A DNA stretch of 63,362 nucleotides, counting the filler, from Dimorphilus gyrociliatus (taxonomy: Eukaryota > Animalia > Annelida), in the NCBI GenBank assembly GCA_904063045.1. It is 5 parts of 5 records of this genome, joined end to end, with 100 filler letters (N's around TTAATTAATTAA, not from the genome) between each part and the next. Parts side by side here need not be neighbours in the genome. Positions count along the whole stretch, not along the records: positions 22,381 to 35,705 come from CAJFCJ010000181.1; positions 35,806 to 46,568 come from CAJFCJ010000152.1; 3 more parts are not named here. The stretch is one strand, 5' to 3'. Shown in pieces: positions 23,427-35,859 of the stretch (its first letter is position 1; each line of letters opens with the position of its first letter). Made by a program: the position numbers and the translations under genes. Below the pieces are notes generated by a model. The model saw only the letters and a program-made list of their open reading frames with translations, did not search any database and was not told where the DNA came from.

Positions 23427-23624
23427 TATGCCCTTTCGTAAGGAAAATGTTTATATACTTTTAATTGATTTAGATCAAAAATTTGGAGGTAATAATAATT
23501 AATAACATACCATTATTTTCGGGTTTAGTTAGCGTTAAGTATTGTTTATTTTATTTATTTATTTGGATATAAAAAAAGATTCGATAAATAAATTTATTGT
23601 ACTTATTATTATTATTAACTAAAA

Positions 23625-24215
23625 CAATTTTTTTTGTAAATTTCACAAATTTTTAAAAATGATTTTACGTAAATCGTTAATAATCAAATTTAGTATCTCA
23701 GAAATTTTATATTTTGTAGAGTTTAAAGAGACAATAAGAACTGTTATTTCACTTTTCTTGCTAAGTCTCTACAGATGGTACTTTTAAAAAATTTAATAAA
23801 ATTTGTATTAATTTACCTATAATTTTTGTTTTTTTTTATTTTTTTTTGTAAATTTCACAAATTTTTAAAAATGATTTTACGTAAATCGTTAATAATCAAA
23901 TTTAGTATCTCAGAAATTTTATATTTTGTAGAGTTTAAAGAGACAATAAGAACTGTTATTTCACTTTTCTTGCTAAGTCTCTACAGATGGTACTTTTAAA
24001 AAATTTAATAAAATTTGTATTAATTTACCTATAATTTTTGTTTTTTTTTATTTTTTTTTGTAAATTTTACAAATTTTTAAAAATGATTTCACGTAAATCG
24101 TTTATAATCAAATTTAGTATCTCAGAAATTTTATATTTTGTAGAGTTTAAAGAGACAATAAGAACTGTTATTTCACTTTTCTTGCTAAGTCTCTACAGAT
24201 GGTACTTTTTTAATA
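23625..24215. repeat. Three tandem copies of the ~210-bp unit (second array)
   Basis: Near-identical to 7020-7610. Confidence 0.93.
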
Positions 24216-24383
24216 AAAAATTTTTGTTGCAGTTTTGAGAATATCTTCTGTTGAAATTTTGATAAAAATATAGCATTTATAAATGAATATTCACTTTTGG
24301 ACACTACCTTTAAGAGAGTTAAAATTATATGGAAGTTTACTCTCATTAAATGTATTTTTATGGCAAGATCAGTAAAAACTTTC

Positions 24384-25783
24384 TTAAAAAGGTAATAAAA
24401 ATGAATGAGAAATTAAAGTAATTATAAATTTAATAAATATATCCGTTATAAAACAAAAACTGTTTATATTATTATTCTTAATTTCGTCATTTCCATTCAA
24501 GTCGAATGTCGCAGCAGTTTCCAATTGACGACTTACATAATCAAATATAGATGGTCCAAAGTTGTTACCTCCTATCCATAACTCCTCTAATCTATTAAGA
24601 GATGTCAAAACTCGAATAGATTCTAATTTTATTTTAGAATCTGTGAGTGCTAAGGTTTTTAAGTTAGTCATTTTAGAGATCATCGTTATTTCATATTCAC
24701 TTATAACTGGATAGTTACGAATATTTAAACTTTGTAATTTTGTAAGCTTGTGTAAATCTAGTAAACTATTCTTTTTTAAGTCCATATCATATAAAAATAA
24801 GGTTTCTAAGTTTTTTAACTTAAAAACTGAACGTAAATCATCAATAACTAGGTTTTTATTACGACTTAAACTTAAATGTTTTAAATTTACAAGTTTTTCA
24901 ATTCCTATTAGACTTTTTTCTTGTAATTGACAATCTATTAAGTTTAATCTTTCTAAGTTTACTAAATTTAAAATATATCTTAAATTTTCTGTTGTTATAG
25001 GTGCACAAGACTTAAAACATAAAGTTTTCAACTCAGCCATTTTTTCTATATTTGATATATTATATCCCTTCTTGATTTTAATTCCATAAACACTTAAATA
25101 GGCGAGTTTATTTAATTTATTAAATATCAAGTCTAAATCCTGTGTAGTTAGACCTGTAGATTGGTATAGATCTATCCCTTCTAGAGAATTAATATTGGTG
25201 ATGTATTCAATAAAAATACTGTTCATTTTATTAAAGCCAGAAGATAACTTTTCTAACTTCTTAAGATTTGATATTGATTGATAATCTTCAGCTGATAGTT
25301 TTTCATTCTTATCTATTTTTAGATTCACTAAATTCTCTAAATTCGAAATATTTCTAAGCATTCCTGCTTTTAGATTACAGTTTTTTAGATACAGAGTTTC
25401 TAGATTTTTTAATAATAGAATACTATCTACGTCATTAGAAGTTAAGTTTTTGTTTCCTTCTAATACCAGCATTTTCCGTTCTGTTAAATCATGAATACTT
25501 ATAGAAGTATTTGGTCGTGTGTTGAAGTTGATTAAATCAGCACTTTTTAATGCATAAAATGAACTGTTATTTTCTTCATCTTCTTTAATGCTCAGTTGGT
25601 TGGTTCTCAAACATACATCTGATAGACTTTCTATACTATTATTTGATGTTTTTTTCTTATTTAATGAACTTTTATCTGAAACATGGAATGAAGGTGTACT
25701 CCTCCTTCAGCACAATTAATGTGTCTTATTTGATATGATATAATTGCAACAAGAATAAATACTTTGATCATCTTTGTAAGCAT
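24384..25783 (-). CDS. Secreted LRR protein (alternating 24/25-aa LRRs)
   Basis: LRR ORF 24384-25610. The upstream ATG at 25783 encodes a signal-like MLTKMIKVFILVAIISYQIRHINCA and is joined by a single 1-nt frameshift near 25700. Confidence 0.82.
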
Positions 25784-28711
25784 ATGGCATAATTTTTTAA
25801 AAAATATTTAAAGTATCTTTTAGTAAAAACACGTGTTCAAGTTTTATATACTACAATAGAATATTTATCATTTTTCGAATTTAACCATAAAATTTGATAT
25901 TTATCATTATAGGAAAAAGTGAATTACATTAATTTAAAAAAGAATTATACCTATCAAATTAATGAAACTATAAAAATTGCTTGGAAATTTCAATATATAG
26001 ATAATTGATCGCTTTCTATATAAAGATGCTGATTGAAAATTTATATGTTATACGTTATAATTGGATCTTAATTAACTTTACAATTTCTATAAAAAAATAA
26101 TTCTCTAATTTTAGGTTTTTTTTGTAATAAAAACAGGTATCCTGTTTATTTATTTTATTGTAAATAGGACATATTAAAACTCAAATACTCACAAAAGACT
26201 TGTTTAGACATATTTTCGTCATGTTTGATTTGATGGTTTACTTTTCAGTAATAAAATAATTATTAAGTAAATTAAAAGAGACATAATAAACAATTATAGC
26301 ATTTAGCTACGATTAAAATAAAATGGGACTCTTCTTTTTTATAAAAGTAATGGAAAAAGATATACTTTGATCCTAATAAGCAAATTCACTAACATAAAAA
26401 ACACGTAATACCATGGAAAAACTAAACATTTATCATTTTAATCAAAATGTGTAAATCTTGGTGTTAAACCCCACTTAAGAGTGTTCTTCTATACTGATTT
26501 TATATATTAAAAGTTTATATTTCTTATGTCTGAACATATCAGTGGTAGAAAACACTGCTGGTATTTGCATATTCAAAGAGTGGCAATAACCTGCAATTTT
26601 ATTGCTATTTAAAAAAATATAGAGTTTATTAATACAAAGTATAGATAATCAATAAAATAGTGGCACCTTGGATTCGAAAGTATTACTTTGAAAGAAATTC
26701 TAGTATTTGAGATTTTATTAGAGGTGTATGAAATTTAAACAGTAGAAAAACATATCGCATATCCTTGGAAGTTTTGAAGAAATAATAATTTTTAATATTT
26801 TTTATCTGAACCATATGTATCAAGGGTACTTTGAAGTTTATATTAATGACTGGTATAGGTAAACAATTGGGCAGATTAACACTAAAATTCTTAAGAATGA
26901 TTAAGGATACTTCAAAGACTATATTAATAAATACAATCTTTTTAATAATGATAAATAATATATATAAAGTGTTATAAAATTGTATGACATTATACTACAA
27001 ACCATAATAATAAATAATAAACACAGCGATGGAATCATACAGTATAAAATAAAATACCAGGTAGAAGTACAGAAATATTAACTCTTATTTGGGATACAAT
27101 GATTGGAACAACATAAAAATGAGTTTTGGCTCAAAACACATATCGAAGGTTATAGACAACTAATTATATGCTATAAACATTGAAAGTTAGAATCTCCTGT
27201 CCGTAACTTGGATGAAAATATGATATAGTATGTGTGGAAATACATAAACAGCTGTTTATTCAAAAAAGAAAAGTGTAAAATAATAAAGTCTATTACTCAA
27301 GAGATGGTCGCTCATATATAATAAGATTTACATAATAACATAAGCTAAATCCTGGTCAAGGGAATAGCAAGTTTATAACCAGAGGTTCTTAACACTGCTT
27401 TTTATAATATTATAAATAAAGAAAAACTGGTTGTTTCTATGATTAATGTTTATTTATTTATATTATTATCATAATTAGATTAAAAATGTTCTATATACAA
27501 TTACAAACGTCAAACTTTTAAGATAAATAGGACCCTTAATAAAATACTATAAATTATTGATTTATGTTCAAAAACATATACAATATAATAGGATTTGATC
27601 AAAAATTTGTTTATTTATTTATTTATCCACTAATAATAATATTTCTAAATAGAAATATACCTTAATACGAGTGATTTATAGATTCTATATACTTTACATA
27701 ATAAATCTAATTAGAAAAGAATTTAAACTAAGATTTGATTTTTAAATATTTCTACAAGTTTAATATCATTATTCACAACAAACATATAAATTATACATGG
27801 TTTGAAAGTATAAGTCTTAATATAACTTTTCGGTTTTGTATTATTATTATGTTTCTTGGCATTTCGAAAGAGACGAGTACTCTCATCAAGTCCAAATAGA
27901 CTCTATTTTGTTGTTAAAGCCTCAAAAAGTTCATTATTGTTTAGTCTGATGGTTCGTATTTTATGAAGTTCTTTGTCTTTTAATGTTTATTTATTCTCTG
28001 TTTTGGAAGTGAATTTTAAATTCGCCTATTTATTCCTTTTATACAGTTTCATTATAGGTTTTCTATAAAAGCTTCAAAATTTGTTTTTTTGATAATGTTA
28101 ACCTCTATCTCAAGTTTTTTATTTATGTATTCTTTTCTAAACCTTAACACTTGTTTTATTTTCTGTTGTAATATTCTGTTCATCATTAAATTGTCCAAGT
28201 TTTTACTTATATACTCTTTTTAAATATCTACTTTTGTGATGCTATCTGTCTCTTTAATATGTATAAGTTGTATTATTAATATTTATTTATTTAGTTGTTG
28301 GATTATTGTGTTTCGTTTGTAATAAATAATAATACCTTAATAATTATATTTTTTAGAATTTTTATATTTGTTATTGTTTATATTTATATTTATAGTATTT
28401 TCTGAATATAAAACTTCTTAATCTATCATAAATTTCTGTTGATCATAAAAATTAACCTCACTATTTGCTAAGCTTAAATATTAATTTATTTTCAATAAAG
28501 TTTATAGTTAGTTTTTATTATACTTGATTTACAAATAGACCTTTATTTATCAGAAGAAAGTTTTTTAACTATAAATAAAATCTGAACAAATAATATTATT
28601 ATTATTATTAATAAACAAGTCATATTTACTGTATCAATTATTTTGTATTCACATTTTAAGAATTTTTAATTCATCAGAACGTTTATTGCTTTTCTTTTTT
28701 TAATTATCTTC

Positions 28712-29420
28712 NNNNNNNNNNNNNNNNNNNNNNNNNNNNNNNNNNNNNNNNNNNNNNNNNNNNNNNNNNNNNNNNNNNNNNNNNNNNNNNNNNNNNNNNN
28801 NNNNNNNNNNNNNNNNNNNNNNNNNNNNNNNNNNNNNNNNNNNNNNNNNNNNNNNNNNNNNNNNNNNNNNNNNNNNNNNNNNNNNNNNNNNNNNNNNNNN
28901 NNNNNNNNNNNNNNNNNNNNNNNNNNNNNNNNNNNNNNNNNNNNNNNNNNNNNNNNNNNNNNNNNNNNNNNNNNNNNNNNNNNNNNNNNNNNNNNNNNNN
29001 NNNNNNNNNNNNNNNNNNNNNNNNNNNNNNNNNNNNNNNNNNNNNNNNNNNNNNNNNNNNNNNNNNNNNNNNNNNNNNNNNNNNNNNNNNNNNNNNNNNN
29101 NNNNNNNNNNNNNNNNNNNNNNNNNNNNNNNNNNNNNNNNNNNNNNNNNNNNNNNNNNNNNNNNNNNNNNNNNNNNNNNNNNNNNNNNNNNNNNNNNNNN
29201 NNNNNNNNNNNNNNNNNNNNNNNNNNNNNNNNNNNNNNNNNNNNNNNNNNNNNNNNNNNNNNNNNNNNNNNNNNNNNNNNNNNNNNNNNNNNNNNNNNNN
29301 NNNNNNNNNNNNNNNNNNNNNNNNNNNNNNNNNNNNNNNNNNNNNNNNNNNNNNNNNNNNNNNNNNNNNNNNNNNNNNNNNNNNNNNNNNNNNNNNNNNN
29401 NNNNNNNNNNNNNNNNNNNN
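28712..29420. other. Scaffold gap (709 N)
   Basis: Run of N without the stop linker. Confidence 0.97.
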
Positions 29421-29535
29421 NATCAAATAAAAGAATACTATAGATGTTCTTATTCTTCTTCTCTACTTTTGTTTTATTAATGAATATGTTTATTCCTTTG
29501 TAATAGCCTTTTACTCTTTAGTAATATGATAATTG

Positions 29536-30606
29536 GGTTCATGTGGATTATAAGGGGGTTTGAATTTTTTTAAGGCCTCCCTTTAATAAATGACATTTGA
29601 TAAAAATTTTACATATATTATTCCTGAAGCTGAGATTTTTACTTTTTTAGAAATTAAAAGTATGAACTTAAATGCTAACCTTATTGATAATTTAATGGAT
29701 AAAAAAAATATAATTGAATTCATGGCTAGATGGCGACTAATCAATAATAAACAATTTTGTGATAAATGTAATGTATATATGTATCTATATAAAGAAAATA
29801 CAAAATTAGATGGATACAGATTTGTATGTAGAATCTGTAAAAAAAAACAATCTATTAGATTTGGGAGTTTTTTTTATAAATCAAGGTTGCCTTTAAAAAC
29901 CACATTAAAAGTTTTGAGGAAATTGTTGTATGGTATAAATAAAGAAGTGATCGCCCATGACAGTAGTATAGATAGATTTACTGTGGCCAAATGGGAAAAA
30001 ATCGTATTGGAGGCGATTGCTTATCATATACAAAGATCAAAAGAATTATTGGGTGGAGTAGAAGAAGATGGTACTCCTAAAAAGGTTGAAATAGACAAAA
30101 GTTTGTTTTTTAAGAGGAAATATAATAGAGGTCGAAATATAGCACAATCTTGGTATGTTGGAGGGATAGAAAGAGGTACAACCAATATTTTTGTGACTGA
30201 AGTACCATATAGAAAGAAGAATACACTCAAACGAGTGATTATCAATAATATTAAACCAGGATCACTTATAATATCAGATGAGTGGAGAGCATATGAAGCA
30301 GCACTATCTGAAACTAACCAATATTTACATGAACGAGTAAATCATACATACCATTTTATTAGTCCAAGTGGCCCAACTATACATACTCAAAACATTGAAT
30401 GTTTTTGGAGTACAAGTAAAAGAGAATTAAGAAAATATGTAAAATGTAAAGATAACCAATTTTTACACTTATTACGTACTAAAATGAATTGTTTATTTTA
30501 ATATCTTCAAATGACTACGAGATTAAATTTCTAACTTTGAATTAAAGAAAAATTTATTTAAATAATTTTTAAAAAATTTCAAAACCCCTTATAATCCACC
30601 TGAACC
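29536..30606 (+). mobile_element. Merlin (IS1595/IS1016-like) DNA transposon
   Basis: ~35-bp imperfect TIRs GGTTCA(T/G)GTGGATTATAAGGGG flank a DDE transposase; no clear TSD. Confidence 0.85.
29590..30501 (+). CDS. Merlin/IS1595-family transposase
   Basis: CxxC zinc motifs, SIRFGSFF, VEIDKS, IISDEWRAY, VNH, HTQNIECFWS. Confidence 0.9.
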   Translation: MTFDKNFTYIIPEAEIFTFLEIKSMNLNANLIDNLMDKKNIIEFMARWRLINNKQFCDKCNVYMYLYKENTKLDGYRFVCRICKKKQSIRFGSFFYKSRLPLKTTLKVLRKLLYGINKEVIAHDSSIDRFTVAKWEKIVLEAIAYHIQRSKELLGGVEEDGTPKKVEIDKSLFFKRKYNRGRNIAQSWYVGGIERGTTNIFVTEVPYRKKNTLKRVIINNIKPGSLIISDEWRAYEAALSETNQYLHERVNHTYHFISPSGPTIHTQNIECFWSTSKRELRKYVKCKDNQFLHLLRTKMNCLF

Positions 30607-31355
30607 GGATTTTTTATTTAAAAGTCTTTTTTTACTCTCTTCTATAAATATTATTATAGGAGTTAATTGTAGTTTTAATTGACCATTTTCTTATATTTAT
30701 TTAAAAACCAAGCTTTTTAAATTCATAAATAGTTATAATACTTTCTATAGAATACTCTCTTAAATATAAGTTATAAATTTTATTAAATAATCATTATTTA
30801 TTTAAACTTTAAATTCTACTTATTTTTAGAATAAAACAAAATTTGAGATTTAACTATTTATTTATTTAGTCAATAAATCTATGTTTGTATTTCTCTACTT
30901 TTATATTTAAAATAAATACTAATAGCTGCGTTTCTAGTTGTATTTATTTATAAATATTTAATTCTTAAGTAAATAGAAAAAATATTAAAAACAATGTCTA
31001 ATGAGTTTATGATATTTAATTTTACTGACTTAATTAATAATTGAAATGTCTAAATATATCTATATTAATTAATTTTATAAGAATTTTGACTCATTTATTA
31101 TTATAAGCCTTTATTATATTTTTTATTTATAGATTATTATCAAAGAAGGACTTTAACAATTGCTTTTTTCATTTCTGATTAAAATGAAGATAATAAGAGA
31201 AAAAAAGCTTTGTTTCATAAAAAAGATAAAAGTTATTCTATATTACCCCTTCAGAGATGTAACTCTGTCTTGTTACAAAACTATTATAGTAAAAGAATCA
31301 ACTAAAAAAAAGCCTATATGCTTTTTTTTTAGTTGTGTAAAATATTATACAACCC

Positions 31356-32240
31356 ATGGCTACATTATATGAAAACACTATAAGACATTTACTAAATGGT
31401 ACCAATGAAGAAATAATAAGGTTCTTCAAGCAAAAGAGAATTCTCAAATCCGATTTGAATTGTATATCATGTTCTATTGAACTTTCGATGAAAAGATCTA
31501 CTGCTAATATAGATGGATATGTCTATAGATGTTACAGTAGGCAATATAGTCTATATCAAAAAAGAGTATCGCTAAGAACAAATTCATTCCTTTCTGTTTC
31601 AAAAATTACATTAAAAAATTGGGTTGAAGTTTTATTTAGATGGTCTCAGGGAGATTTAATAGGGAGGGAGATGCGTGATATAAGCATATCACAACCCACT
31701 TTAATAAAAATATATAAATTAATAAGGAATGAAATTACAAAATTCTTAACTCTAAATCCTGTTAGACTTGAAGGAGCAAATGTAATTTTCAAGTAGATGA
31801 GAGCTGATTTTGCCACAAACCAAAATATAATCGTGGAAGAGCTTCTGAAGTGCAAGTATGGGAATTTGGAATTGCAGATACAAACTATGTTCCTGCTAGA
31901 CGTTATTTAAAGGTTGTGCCTGACAGAAGAGCGAATTTCCTCTTACCTATAATCAACGACGTGTGTTTACCTAACACTATAATATTTTCTGATGAATGGG
32001 CAGCATATCAGAGAATAAGTAAAGGCAGTTATGTACATGACACTGTTAACCACACTTTGTTGTTTGTAGATCCTGAATCAGGAGTACACACACAGAATAT
32101 TGAGTCATGCTGGAGCTCAATAAAAAGAAAATTAAAATATATGAAAGGTGTTCATAAAACTCCCTACAATCTTATTTAAATGAGTTTATGTGGAGACAAA
32201 ACTCAGCAGAAGATATTTTTGAACGCTTGTTATTTTTAAT
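31356..32240 (+). pseudogene. Merlin transposase, frameshifted
   Basis: CISC/CYS, SLRTNSF, IFSDEWAAY, HDTVNH, HTQNIESCWS; split into ORFs 31356-31796 and 31850-32179. CCC immediately precedes the ATG. An inverted repeat TCAACTAAAAAAAAGCCTA flanks it (~31298 / ~32285). Confidence 0.85.
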
Positions 32241-33863
32241 ATCAAATTATGTTATTTAAAGTCATTTTAATTAAAAAAAAATTCTAGGCTTTTTTTTTAG
32301 TTGATCTTAATAAAATCCTAGATAGTATTCAGCTAAAGAAAATTAAAGACCCGGCGACTTTTTATACTTTTTAAAAAGAAAAATAAGATATTTTATAAAA
32401 AACTAAAAATTCAAAAAGTCAGTAAAATTATTTTGATATATAAGTCTTATACAATGATGGTTTTATAATTGTCGTTTAAATTACAATTCGTATAATTAAT
32501 TTATGGTCACATGTTTTTTATTGTTATACAAAAATAAAATTCAATAAAAACTATTTATTATAGTTTATTTGTTTATTACAGAAAGTATAGCTATATATGT
32601 TTTATATACTCTAATCTATTATTTATTCATAATTTTATATTTATTTATTATTCAATTATAATTTAAAAACAGAAAGAAAAGAGCTTTTTATAAATTAGTG
32701 AAATATTGAATTTAAAAGCTTATATTATTTATTAAAGAGATATTTTATTGTATTATTATTATTATTTATAAAATATACAATGTTAACTTTTAAATAGACA
32801 TTTCACATATTAAAGAAAAAAAAATAATTTATAGCTTTAATCTTTTGCAATAGTTAGTTAAATTCTATTTATTCATTGAAAATAACTCAAATTTGTAAAA
32901 GGTATTTTCTAAAAAAACTAAATTATTATATTTCAAAAGAATTTAATAACATTGGTTATTGATTTTGTTATTATTGTTAACAAAATAACATACATATTTC
33001 CTTTGTTTATTTTTTTGTAATTTTCACAAATATTTAGAAATTATTTTAAGTAAACGATTTACTCCAAATTATTATCTTAGAAATTTAATAAATAGAATAA
33101 CCTAATAATATTTTTTTTTCAGAACTTTTTAAAGTTAAAATTATTGTTAATTTTGAGAATATAATATATTCTATTTTAAAATATACTGGTTATTAGTGGA
33201 ACTTCACTTTCCAATACTAGATTTATAAAACTATTATTTAAATAGAAATTGATGAATATCATCTGTGTTTTTATAACAAGAGCAGTAAATAAAATTTAAA
33301 AATTGAAAAATAAACTACAAATTCATTTTACTGGCTGTTTATGTTCGCCTTTTTAATATCTGAATTTATATCGAAGTCACATGTCCTAACATTTTCCAAA
33401 TCAAGTCTTATATTTTCTCTCTAATGCTAATCATTGGTTACTAAATAAATAAATGAAAACACGTAGTTTTGATTTAAACACAGCAATAATCTAAATGATA
33501 AAAATAAAAAATTCATTTAGAATCTAAATTAGACCATCTATAATATTCTCATAGTATTATATTTTCATAGAATGTGGATTAACCAAATTTTTATTGAAAA
33601 TATATAAACTAAACACAATAATTGGTATTACCAAAATAGTAAAAAAACCAAAAACATAGAAATTCCCAAAAAAGAAATTAATTTGTGCTATCAAAATTTA
33701 TTAAAATAGAAATAATCGTAATTTTAGCTTTGAGTAAATTTTTTAAAAAAATACTGAGACTTTTAAATTTGGTTTTTGCCAACTATTCCCCCGTTCAAGC
33801 TAATTAGCATCTCAAAATAGTAACACATCACTTCCAAAAAAGAAAAATATATGTTATTTATAA

Positions 33864-35705
33864 ATGAAAATACAATGCCCCTTTATTATGAATTTCACGA
33901 AAAATAAAAGCACCGGGCGCTTTTTATTATTAACAATAATAATCTACTTTGGGTATATTACTTCTCACCGAAATGTTAGCAATCGCCCATCATTTAAGTA
34001 TTTTTGGCGCTTAATTAAAAATAAATCCGACTCAGCAATCAAACACAAAATGGAATTACAGTCACCAAAAAATGTAAATTACTACATGAATGAAATATTC
34101 GAGCTTTCGTACCTGAAATACTTGGATTTATCTAGTTCAAAGCTTCGTTTTGGTCTTCCTATCAATACTCATTTATGTCCTTATTTACAAGTTTTGATAC
34201 TTGATGAGATAAAAAGTATAAAAACAGAAAATTCCGGTTTCGAAGTTTCAATTAAATCCTTGAGGAAACTAAGCTTAAGAAGGTGTAATATCGATTATAA
34301 TACTATTGAAAAGATATCTAAAATGGTAAATCTACAAGAACTAGATTTATCCGGATGTAATTTATCAAGTGGTCTTCTTGAGCCCTTAAAAACACTTACA
34401 AGCCTTAAGAAGTTAGATCTACGATATAATAATAATTTAAATAACAAAGATTTTAAAGGAATATCTGGAATGATAAATCTGCAAGAACTAAATTTATCCG
34501 AATGTAATCTATCAAGCGGCCTTCTTGAGCCCTTAAAAACACTTACAAACCTTAAAAAGATAGATCTAAGATATAATAGGAGCTTAAATAACAAAGATTT
34601 CAAAGGGATATCTGGAATGGTAAATCTTCAAGAACTAAATTTATCGAATGTAATCTATCAAGCGGCCTTCTTGCGCCCTTAAAAACACTTACAACCTTAA
34701 GAAGTTAGATCTACGATATAATAAGAATTTAAATAATGAAGATTTTGAAGGAATATCTGGAATGATAAATCTTCAAGAACTAGATTATCTTATTGTAATC
34801 TATCAAGCGGCCTTCTTGAGCCTTAAAAACACTTACAAAGCTTGAGAAATTATATCTCATTTGCAATAAGAATTTAAATAGCGAAGATTTTAAAGGAATG
34901 TCTAAATGGTAAATCTACAAGAACTAGATTTATCCGGATGTAATTTATCAAGTGGTCTTCTTGAGCCCTTAAAAACACTTACAAGCCTTAAGAAGTTAGA
35001 TCTACGATATAATAATAATTTAAATAACAAAGATTTTAAAGAATATCTGGAATGATAATCTGCAAGAACTAAATTTATCCGAATGTAATCTATCAAGCGG
35101 CCTTCTTGAGCCCTTAAAAACACTTACAAACCTTAAAAGATAGATCTAAGATATAATAGGAGCTTAAATAACAAAGATTTCAAAGGGATATCTGGAATGA
35201 TAAATCTTCAAGAACTAGATTTATCTTATTGTGATCTATCAAACGGCCTTCTTGAGCCCTTAAAAACACTTACAAGCCTTAAAAAGATAGATCTACGATA
35301 TAATAAGAATTTAAATAATGAAGATTTTGAAGGAATATCTGGAATGATAAATCTTCAAGAACTAAATTTATCCGAATGTAATCTATCAGGCGGCCTTCTT
35401 GAGCCCTTAGAAACACTTACAAGCCTTAAGAAGTTAGATCTACGATTTAATAAGAATTTAAATAGTGAAGATTTTAAAGGAATTTCTAAAATGGTAAATC
35501 TTCAAGAACTAAATTTATCTTATTGTAATCTATCAGGCGGCCTTCTTGAGCCCTTAAAAACACTTACAAGCCTTAAAAAATTATGTCTAAGATCTAATAA
35601 GAATTTAAATAGCGAAGATTTTAAAGGAATGTCTAAAATGGTAAATCTTCAAGAACTAGATTTATCTTATTGTAATTTGTCAAGCGGCCTTCTTGAGCCC
35701 TTAAA
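33864..35705 (+). CDS. Secreted/membrane-anchored LRR protein with a near-identical 49-aa repeat array; frameshifted, truncated by the contig end
   Basis: Hydrophobic FLLLTIIIYFGYITS, then LRRs; ORFs 33864-34682 and 35197-35705 plus intervening frameshifted units. Confidence 0.85.
34321..35705 (+). repeat. 147-bp coding tandem repeat, ~9.5 units
   Basis: The unit M(V/I)NLQEL(D/N)LSxCNLSSGLLEPLKTLTSLKKxDLRYNxNLNNxDFxGIS(G/K) recurs every ~145-147 bp. Confidence 0.95.
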
Positions 35706-35805
35706 NNNNNNNNNNNNNNNNNNNNNNNNNNNNNNNNNNNNNNNNNNNNTTAATTAATTAANNNNNNNNNNNNNNNNNNNNNNNNNNNNNNNNNNNNNNN
35801 NNNNN
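35706..35805. other. Artificial contig-joining spacer
   Basis: 44 N + TTAATTAATTAA + 44 N. Confidence 0.97.
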
Positions 35806-35859
35806 TTATAGACACAGAAAAATCTAGGACAGCTGACCTTATATTATAAATAAGAGCTA

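Noticed and set aside
28704-29426. 240-aa ORF and other ORFs that run through N runs (e.g. 35750-36028, 46316-46624, 46613-46828, the tail of 22329-23426)
   Set aside because: Artefacts of translating N gaps and synthetic spacers across unrelated contigs.
29590-30501. Bacterial IS1595 insertion or bacterial contamination
   Set aside because: Merlin is the established eukaryotic relative; the flanks have microsporidian-like composition and no prokaryotic genes.
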